Assembly: GCA_964349875.1 (NCBI GenBank)
Contig: CAYGIG010000001.1
Location: 52-64,051, forward strand
Length of the DNA: 64,000 nt
Source: an uncultured Gammaproteobacteria bacterium
GTDB lineage: Bacteria > Patescibacteriota > Microgenomatia > CAYQLK01
Direction: 5' to 3'
Positions 57,607-64,000 of the stretch are shown one piece after another. The notes under the pieces are model-generated. The model did not search any database. It saw nothing but the letters and a program-made list of their open reading frames with translations, and was not told where the DNA came from. Position numbers and translations under genes: made by a program. Each line of letters begins with the position of its first letter. Within the stretch, counting starts at the first letter, position 1.

Positions 57607-58971
57607 TTAAACAGCATTATTAATTTCTAATATCAATTCTCTCAGAATAATGTTCGTCTTAAGGCTCGACTTTATCTTTCCAACCCCATGCATAATTGTA
57701 GTGTGATCGCGCCCACCCAGAGCATCACCGATTGAAACCAGAGAAAACTTAAACTCTTCCCTCAACAAGTACATTACTATTTGTCTGGCTAAGACTAGCT
57801 CTTTTTGCCGGTTCTTACTTAAAATATCGCCTGTAGAAATTTTTGTTTTCTGGCCGACAACAGAAATCACCCTCCTTGGTGTAATCGGTTTTGCTCGCTT
57901 GTTTTCGCTTTGGATCCCAAAGAATTTTTTAACGATATCCACGTCAATTTCCTGGCCTCTGAGTGAGGCTAAAGAAATGATACCTGTCAACACTCCTTCT
58001 AACTCTCTGGTGTTTTTATCCACTTTTGAAGCAATGATATCCACAATTTCAGGCAGCAAATTAATATTTTTGGCTTTAATTTTTTGGTTTATTATGGCCA
58101 CCCTCATTTCGAAGTCCGGATTGCCAATATCGACCGTTAATCCTCCTAAAAATCTAGAGACCAGCCTGTCTTCAATTTTCCCCAAAGAAGACGGGTGTCT
58201 ATCAGAGGTCATGATGATTTGTTTTCCGCTTCCCTGTAATTCGTTAAATGTATGAAAGAACTCTTCTTGTGTAGACTCTTTACCGCTCAAGAACTGTATG
58301 TCGTCTATTAGTAAAATGTCGGTCCTGCGAAATTTTTCCCGAAAACCCCTTGAATTTTTAGAAGAGATTGACTCAATGAATTCGTTAGTAAACTTTTCAC
58401 ATGTTGTATAAATAACCCTGATTGAAGAGTCTTTCTCTAACACCCCATTAGCTACAGCTTCCATTAAATGCGTCTTTCCTACCCCAACACCGCCATAGAT
58501 AAAAAACGGGTTATATACACTGCCGGGGCTTTGAGACACTGCCTGAGCCGCGGCAAACGCCAAATTATTTGAGTTGCCGACTACAAATTTTTCAAACGTG
58601 AAATTAGGATTTAAATTATTAGAGCTTCCCCATCCGATTTTTATTTCACTAATAGTTTTCTGTTCGTTAAAAACATTTTCTTTCGTCATTAATTCTTGTT
58701 TTGGCCTATCTACCTCTCCAACCTCGACAATAAGCCTAAATTCAGCCAGATCAGCTTTTTGCTCAAGATGCTGTCTGATACTGTCCAAATATCTTGCCTG
58801 TACCTGCTCTTTTACGAAATTATTTAAAACAACTACTTTAAACTGGGGATTCTTTTCTTCGCTGTTAATTTCAAGCTTGGTGGCACTAAACCATGTACGA
58901 AAATTTGCCGGCGACAAGTCAGACTTAATGTCTTTTAATATTTCACTCCAAAGTTTTTTTGAATCAACCAT
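57607..58971 (-). CDS. dnaA: chromosomal replication initiator DnaA
   Basis: Walker A GGVGVGKTHL. Box VII and sensor motifs. C-terminal DNA-binding HTH ...ALGGRDHTTIMHGVGKI. Confidence 0.95.
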   Translation of the reverse strand: MVDSKKLWSEILKDIKSDLSPANFRTWFSATKLEINSEEKNPQFKVVVLNNFVKEQVQARYLDSIRQHLEQKADLAEFRLIVEVGEVDRPKQELMTKENVFNEQKTISEIKIGWGSSNNLNPNFTFEKFVVGNSNNLAFAAAQAVSQSPGSVYNPFFIYGGVGVGKTHLMEAVANGVLEKDSSIRVIYTTCEKFTNEFIESISSKNSRGFREKFRRTDILLIDDIQFLSGKESTQEEFFHTFNELQGSGKQIIMTSDRHPSSLGKIEDRLVSRFLGGLTVDIGNPDFEMRVAIINQKIKAKNINLLPEIVDIIASKVDKNTRELEGVLTGIISLASLRGQEIDVDIVKKFFGIQSENKRAKPITPRRVISVVGQKTKISTGDILSKNRQKELVLARQIVMYLLREEFKFSLVSIGDALGGRDHTTIMHGVGKIKSSLKTNIILRELILEINNAV

Positions 58972-59211
58972 AATGTTTTGTATATCAGACTTTAATACCC
59001 TTTCTTGCTGGGTATTTACGCAAATATATTTTTGTTTGGAGGTGTTTTGCTTACGGAGGAAAGGCTGGGCAAACAGTCTGTAATATCCAACTTAAGTTGT
59101 AAAACTATATTCCTTTTATCCACAATCAGTCAAGCAGAACTAAAATGTGGAAAAGATTTTTTTCCGCTTGCAATTGTAGCTATTTAGAGAATATAATCGC
59201 CCACGCAATTT
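58972..59211. other. dnaA upstream region with a perfect DnaA box (TTATCCACA at ~59116-59124) and the rpmH promoter
   Basis: Perfect consensus box. rpmH putative -35 ttgcaa and -10 tataat near 59168-59199. Confidence 0.55.
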
Positions 59212-59376
59212 ATGGCAACCAAACGAACCTACCAACCAAAAAAGAAAAAAAGAGCCCGCAAACACGGATTCCTCAAACGAGCCCTGACTAGAGCAGGTCA
59301 AGCAGTGCTCTCGAGAAGGAGAAGGAAGGGTCGTAAATCTTTAACAGTCAACGTACGCAATCACAACCGCAAATAA
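59212..59376 (+). CDS. rpmH: 50S ribosomal protein L34
   Basis: [46 protein letters not shown] plus a short C-terminal extension. 54 aa, below the ORF-track cutoff. The TAA stop abuts the rnpA ATG. Confidence 0.85.
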   Translation: MATKRTYQPKKKKRARKHGFLKRALTRAGQAVLSRRRRKGRKSLTVNVRNHNRK

Positions 59377-59676
59377 ATGCTCGCTCGCGAAAATAGTCTT
59401 AAAAAATTTTCTCGCAACTTTACCCACTCCACCAGCTCAGCACTTTTTATTGTTAACACGCGTCCTTCATCCGGTTTTAAACTTATTGTTACCGTCCCTA
59501 AAAAAACTTGCCCGTTGGCCGTAGATCGTAATCGTTCTCGTAGATTAGTCACGGCGGCTTTTTTAAAATTAAACTCTCAAACAAGCACCAATCACGAAGT
59601 CGCCGTATTAGTAAGGCGCAACCTCAAAGAAACCCCGCTTGAAACAGTTAAAGCAGAACTGAAAAAACTTTTGTAA
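59377..59676 (+). CDS. rnpA: ribonuclease P protein component
   Basis: 99 aa, basic. AVDRNRSRRL (RNR motif). Classical rpmH-rnpA order. Confidence 0.85.
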   Translation: MLARENSLKKFSRNFTHSTSSALFIVNTRPSSGFKLIVTVPKKTCPLAVDRNRSRRLVTAAFLKLNSQTSTNHEVAVLVRRNLKETPLETVKAELKKLL

Positions 59677-59691
59677 TTAAAATCAAGAAAT

Positions 59692-59958
59692 ATGTTTAAA
59701 GCTATGACAAGTACGATCATTCTGTTAATTAAATTCTATCAGCGAACTCTTTCTCCGGATCATGGTTTAGTAAAGATTTTTTTTAATCACCCCGTCTGTC
59801 GCTACATGCCGACCTGTTCAGAATATGCAATTGAATCTCTAGAAAAAAATGGTCTTAAGTCCCTCTCTGCAATTAGTAAACGAATACTAACTTGTAACCC
59901 CTTTTTTGCTGGAGGATTTCATCCGGTCACGTCAAGCAAGCAAAAAAACCGATCATAA
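59692..59958 (+). CDS. yidD: membrane protein insertion efficiency factor YidD
   Basis: FYQRTLSP...CRYMPTCSEYAIESLEKNG signature. Confidence 0.85.
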   Translation: MFKAMTSTIILLIKFYQRTLSPDHGLVKIFFNHPVCRYMPTCSEYAIESLEKNGLKSLSAISKRILTCNPFFAGGFHPVTSSKQKNRS

Positions 59959-59997
59959 GTTATTATATTTGCCAGTATATCTATAGAAATTAAAAAA

Positions 59998-60834
59998 ATG
60001 GAAATCTTAAATCAAATTTTTATTGACCCGACCCTTAATGTTGCGATATTTTTTTACAAAATATTTGAAGCGGCAAATTTCCCTTTTCCTCTGGCCTTTG
60101 CAATTTTAGGCCTAACCATTCTAATTAGGCTAATTGTTTGGCCTCTTACCTCCAAGCAGCTTCATCAAACCAGAAAAATGGCCGAGTTAAAGCCTCATCT
60201 TGATGATCTTAAAAAAAAGCACGGCAAGGATAAAACTATTCACGCACAAAAGCAGTCTGAACTATATAAAGCACACGGAGTAAACCCGGCAACGGGCTGT
60301 ATTACTATACTTATTCAGCTTCCAATATTCTTTTCGCTTTACCAGGTACTAAGCACCATTGTTTCCGCAGGGGGCAATTCACTAGATGTTATTAATAAAG
60401 TTAATCAGAGCCTGTACTTTTCGTTTCTTCATTTAAACAAACCTCTTGACGCTTCATTTTTGGGTACCCAGCTTAGTACAAAACCAGCAGACTGGCAGTC
60501 GGCCGGTGTTTTACTTCTTCTCGTTCCGGTAATCACAGCAATATTTCAACTAGTTCAATCAAAGATGGCTATTCCAAAATCTCAAGGACTAGCAAAAATC
60601 AAAAAAGACCCCAAAGAGAAAGAAAGTCTTGCAGATTCCTTAATGCAGGCTCAAGGTCAGATGACTTTTATCCTTCCTTTGCTTATCGGCTACTTCTCTT
60701 ACACACTCCCAATAGGCTTGTCGCTGTATTGGAATATCTTTTCGGTGTTTGGCATAATTCAGCAGTATCTTGTCATGGGCTGGGGGTCTTTGGTAGACTG
60801 GCTACCCGCTCTGAATAAAAAGAAAAATGGATAA
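59998..60834 (+). CDS. yidC: membrane protein insertase YidC (short form)
   Basis: ILIRLIVWPLTSKQ and GCITILIQLPIFFSLYQ conserved TM segments. 278 aa, 5 TMs. Confidence 0.9.
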   Translation: MEILNQIFIDPTLNVAIFFYKIFEAANFPFPLAFAILGLTILIRLIVWPLTSKQLHQTRKMAELKPHLDDLKKKHGKDKTIHAQKQSELYKAHGVNPATGCITILIQLPIFFSLYQVLSTIVSAGGNSLDVINKVNQSLYFSFLHLNKPLDASFLGTQLSTKPADWQSAGVLLLLVPVITAIFQLVQSKMAIPKSQGLAKIKKDPKEKESLADSLMQAQGQMTFILPLLIGYFSYTLPIGLSLYWNIFSVFGIIQQYLVMGWGSLVDWLPALNKKKNG

Positions 60835-61297
60835 GAATACAAACCTAGAAGAAAAAGTCCTCGACCAGCTCGAGAAAATTATCACCCGTCTCAATTTGAG
60901 TGCGGAGATCTCTTCTACGACCGAGCCTGACGGCACTATCAAAATAATGGTCACAAGCTCAGATTCAAGTCTTTTAATTGGTCGACACGGAGAAAACCTA
61001 GACTCTCTTCAGACCATTCTGCACACCATGATTTTTAAGTCGATGCCAAATGAAGAGCTTCCAGATATTATTGTTGACGTCGATAACTGGAAAGCAAATC
61101 GAGAAGTAGAACTTAAAGACTTGGCAGCAAAGATCGTTCAGAAAGTAAAGTTTTCCAAACAACCACAAAGTTTATCCAACCTTAAACCGTTTGAGCGAAG
61201 AATCATACATTTAAATCTCGAAGACAATCCAGATGTCGAAACAAGATCAGAGGGCGAAGGCCGTTTCCGTAAGCTTATCGTTTCTCTCAAGTCTTAA
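60827..61297 (+). CDS. jag: Jag/KhpB RNA-binding protein (KH and R3H domains)
   Basis: C-terminal R3H LKPFERRIIHLNLEDNPDVETRSEGEGRFRKLIV. Follows yidC. Confidence 0.8.
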   Translation: MDKNTNLEEKVLDQLEKIITRLNLSAEISSTTEPDGTIKIMVTSSDSSLLIGRHGENLDSLQTILHTMIFKSMPNEELPDIIVDVDNWKANREVELKDLAAKIVQKVKFSKQPQSLSNLKPFERRIIHLNLEDNPDVETRSEGEGRFRKLIVSLKS

Positions 61298-62573
61298 AGA
61301 CTTTAAAAACATTTTTGCCCTCCTAACATTTTTATTTGCCGCAAGTCTAAGTTTTCAAACAGGTTTTAAAGTTGATACTTCCCAAGCATATGTTTTTGGT
61401 TTTTTAACTGATTATTTTATTTTTTCCATCCATTTTTCCGACATCATAATATTAATTTTCTCTGCTCTAATAATATATCGTTATCAGCCTTATCAAGGAG
61501 CGCAAATCAGTGTCATCCAGAAGATCTCGCTACTATTATTCTTAGTTCTGGTCCTGCAGTGGTTATTTTTCTCACAAAACCCCAAACTGATATATTTTGG
61601 ATTGTTTAATATCCTTATATTTTTTCTAACCATTTTATGTATTTATCTTCAGTGCCTATCAAAAAAATCCTTACTAAAAACAATTCATTTCTTTGCTCTT
61701 GGTCTTGTTTCTGGGCTTATTGTCGCCGTTTCTATTGGATTAATTCAGTTTAGTGCTGGCAACTCGCCGGATATTCCAATATTTGGATCATATAAATTTT
61801 CATCACAAACCCCAAACATCGCGCTCGGGTCAGTTTTTGGCCACGATTTTTTACGAGCATACGGGACCACTCCTCATCCTAATATTTTTGGCGCACTTTT
61901 AGTTTTTGGTATCGGATTTATTCTGTTTCTTATCAGAAAAACAAAAATACACTCGGTTAAAATCATCTACTCCATTTGCCTTTTAATTCTCTTATTGGGA
62001 CTAGGAATGTCATTTTCCAGAACTGCGAGTGCAATGTTAATCGTCCTGATTTTTTTTCAAACGAAACAATTTCTTCAGGGCCGTAATTGGGGATTTTTGC
62101 TTTTTATATTCGCGCTTGCACTTCTGGCTATCTTATTTATTTCAGGGCTAACAATATATTCTAAATCTGTCGTCGAGCGATTCGAGTTAAATTTAATAGG
62201 CCTAAAAATATTCTTTGATAATCCCATTTTTGGAGTTGGCATTAACAATTATTTAATTTCGGCGCAAAGCTATTTTTTCCAAAGTTTTAATCTTAGGCTT
62301 TTTCAGCCCCCGCACAACCTAGTCATTCTCTTCTTGTCTCAATTTGGAATTATAGGACTAGTATCAATCAGTATAATTATCCACCGGCCGCTAAATATAA
62401 TGTTTCGCGTCAAAAACGAAATCTTTCAATTATTACTAATTCCGCTATTTTTAGCCTTTGTCACAGGTTCGATGTTCGACCACTATTTTATGACGCAATT
62501 TCAGCCCTTTTTATTGGTTGCAGCTCTGACGGGGTTTATTCTCGGAAGCACCAAAATGCTAGACTTTAAATAA
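61233..62573 (+). CDS. O-antigen ligase/Wzy-like polytopic membrane protein (start uncertain; track ORF overlaps the jag 3' end by 65 nt)
   Basis: About 12 TM helices. Periplasmic loop with YGTTPHPNIFGALLVFGIGF, typical of Wzy_C/O-antigen ligase. Confidence 0.55.
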   Translation: MSKQDQRAKAVSVSLSFLSSLKDFKNIFALLTFLFAASLSFQTGFKVDTSQAYVFGFLTDYFIFSIHFSDIIILIFSALIIYRYQPYQGAQISVIQKISLLLFLVLVLQWLFFSQNPKLIYFGLFNILIFFLTILCIYLQCLSKKSLLKTIHFFALGLVSGLIVAVSIGLIQFSAGNSPDIPIFGSYKFSSQTPNIALGSVFGHDFLRAYGTTPHPNIFGALLVFGIGFILFLIRKTKIHSVKIIYSICLLILLLGLGMSFSRTASAMLIVLIFFQTKQFLQGRNWGFLLFIFALALLAILFISGLTIYSKSVVERFELNLIGLKIFFDNPIFGVGINNYLISAQSYFFQSFNLRLFQPPHNLVILFLSQFGIIGLVSISIIIHRPLNIMFRVKNEIFQLLLIPLFLAFVTGSMFDHYFMTQFQPFLLVAALTGFILGSTKMLDFK

Positions 62574-63820
62574 TGTCGAATCTTAAAGCAGTCTCTAAAA
62601 ACACGATCTTCCAAATAATTGCCAAAGCTTCTACGGTCTCAGTTTCCCTAGTCATTACCGCCTTGATCACGAGAAAGCTGTCTGCGTTTGATTATGGAGA
62701 ATTCGTAAAAATTATGTCCTTTGTCTCAATCTTTTATCTTTTGGCCGACTTTGGGTTCAACGCCACCTTTTTAAAAACGACTTTAAATAAAAAAATAGAA
62801 ACCGATTTTAATAAATTTTTTGCCCTTAGGATTCTAACCTCTGGATTTTTAACGATATTTTGTATTTTGTTGGTTTTGCCTCTGCCACACAATCAAATAG
62901 ACGGAACAGGATATAGTCAGGCTGTAAAATTTGGAATTTTTCTTGCCTCTTTCACAATTTTTTTCCAAGGACTTTTTAATACCGCCAATGCTATTTTTCA
63001 AAAAAAACTGCGATACGATCTATCTTCTGTTGCCAGCGTTATTTCAAGCTTAGCAACGTTAGGATTGGTAATAGCAGTTATTCCAACGAGGAATCTTTAC
63101 CTTCTTGTACTTAGCTACACTTTTTCAAACGCCGTATTGTTTCTTGTTGCATACCGATTATTAAGGAAATTTTCACTAAAACCAAAACCGGATTTCAACA
63201 AAATTTATTCAAAGAAAATGTTCTTTGGGTCAATTTCCTTGGGCATCACTTTGGTGATTAATTTAATTTATTTCAGACTCGATACAATAATTTTAGGTTT
63301 TTATAGGTCTCCTGTTGAAGTAGGGTTTTATGGTCTGGCTTACAGGATTTTTGAAACCGTATTGGTTATTCCCATATTCTTTTCCAACTCATTATTTCCC
63401 GTCTTTCTGACGAATCTGCACAACATTGAAAATATTAAACGGATTTTTAAAAAGTCGTTTTTGTTGTTATCCGTCCTTTCCTTAAGTCTCTCATTATTCT
63501 TTTATCTAACAGCAGATTTAATTGTTTATGTCATTTCCGGTCCCGAGTTTGCAACCTCAGCAGACCTACTTAGAATTCTTTCAGCCGGGTATCCATTCTT
63601 TTTCCTTTCTGCCATTGTCATGTGGCTCCTGATCAGCTTAAACACTCAAAAATATTTAAGTATTCTCTATTTAATTGTTGGTACCCTAAATTGTTTGGCA
63701 AATCTTTATTTCATTCCAACATATGGCGCTTTTGCCTCAGCATATATTACTGTAATTAGTGAGATAATTATTTTATTCGGGGGAGCATATATTTTGATAA
63801 ACAAATTAAAAAATGTCTGA
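62573..63820 (+). CDS. polysaccharide biosynthesis protein / oligosaccharide flippase (Wzx-like, MOP superfamily)
   Basis: 415 aa, ~12 TM helices. N-terminal TIFQIIAKASTVSVSLVITALITRKLS is typical of Wzx-family flippases. Confidence 0.6.
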   Translation: MSNLKAVSKNTIFQIIAKASTVSVSLVITALITRKLSAFDYGEFVKIMSFVSIFYLLADFGFNATFLKTTLNKKIETDFNKFFALRILTSGFLTIFCILLVLPLPHNQIDGTGYSQAVKFGIFLASFTIFFQGLFNTANAIFQKKLRYDLSSVASVISSLATLGLVIAVIPTRNLYLLVLSYTFSNAVLFLVAYRLLRKFSLKPKPDFNKIYSKKMFFGSISLGITLVINLIYFRLDTIILGFYRSPVEVGFYGLAYRIFETVLVIPIFFSNSLFPVFLTNLHNIENIKRIFKKSFLLLSVLSLSLSLFFYLTADLIVYVISGPEFATSADLLRILSAGYPFFFLSAIVMWLLISLNTQKYLSILYLIVGTLNCLANLYFIPTYGAFASAYITVISEIIILFGGAYILINKLKNV

Positions 63821-64000
63821 GCTAATTATTTTTACTGATGGAGCAAGCCGTGGTAATCCGGGCCTTGCCTCTACTGGTTTTGTCATAAAATCTAGTACTA
63901 AAACCCTACATGAAGGTGGAAGTTTTTTGGGTATTGCAACAAACAATGTTGCAGAATACTCTGCGATCGTCGAAGCATTGTCAAAAGCAAAAGATTTTAC
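63813..64000 (+). CDS. rnhA: ribonuclease HI, 3'-partial (continues beyond window)
   Basis: MSELIIFTDGASRGNPGLASTGFVI... with the DGASRGNPG catalytic Asp motif. The ATG overlaps the preceding stop. Confidence 0.8.
   Translation, partial: MSELIIFTDGASRGNPGLASTGFVIKSSTKTLHEGGSFLGIATNNVAEYSAIVEALSKAKDF

Noticed and set aside
58574-59083. 169-aa plus-strand ORF spanning the dnaA start and oriC
   Set aside because: It is antisense to dnaA and runs through the DnaA-box region. It is spurious.

Overview
Low-GC (~35-40%) bacterial chromosomal window. I infer a small-genome, CPR/Patescibacteria-like organism, but cannot confirm this without a search.

It spans the replication origin: dnaA and dnaN on the minus strand with DnaA-box clusters, and rpmH-rnpA-yidD-yidC-jag on the plus strand. 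It also carries rpoD-dnaG, SmpB plus a long tmRNA next to comFC, and a nickel superoxide dismutase gene with its maturation peptidase (sodN/sodX).

A tRNA-dense variable region (four tRNA-Ser isoacceptors, two tRNA-Arg, one tRNA-Asn) is studded with tRNA-derived repeat fragments. These bracket a csoR-copA copper module and a duplicated nadK 5' end.

Two compositionally foreign segments stand out: a ~60% GC block at about 15.5-16.8 kb, and a GC-elevated single gene at 30.4-31.0 kb.

The most striking feature is an ~18 kb, almost entirely plus-strand locus (37.6-55.9 kb) next to oriC that looks like a non-canonical type IV secretion/pilus-like system. It holds six tandem VirB2/TrbC-type pilin paralogs, a secreted protein, a VirB6-like polytopic membrane protein, a PrgI/VirB3-like fusion protein, a VirB4 N-domain-only paralog and a VirB4-family ATPase. 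It also holds a 1160-aa membrane protein ending in an M23 peptidoglycan hydrolase, and a membrane-anchored exported protein. A 941-aa acidic protein with an internal repeat sits in the locus on the opposite strand. No relaxase, coupling ATPase or integrase is visible.

No rRNA or CRISPR array was seen.

Coordinates of RNA and repeat features were worked out by hand and may be off by 1-2 nt.
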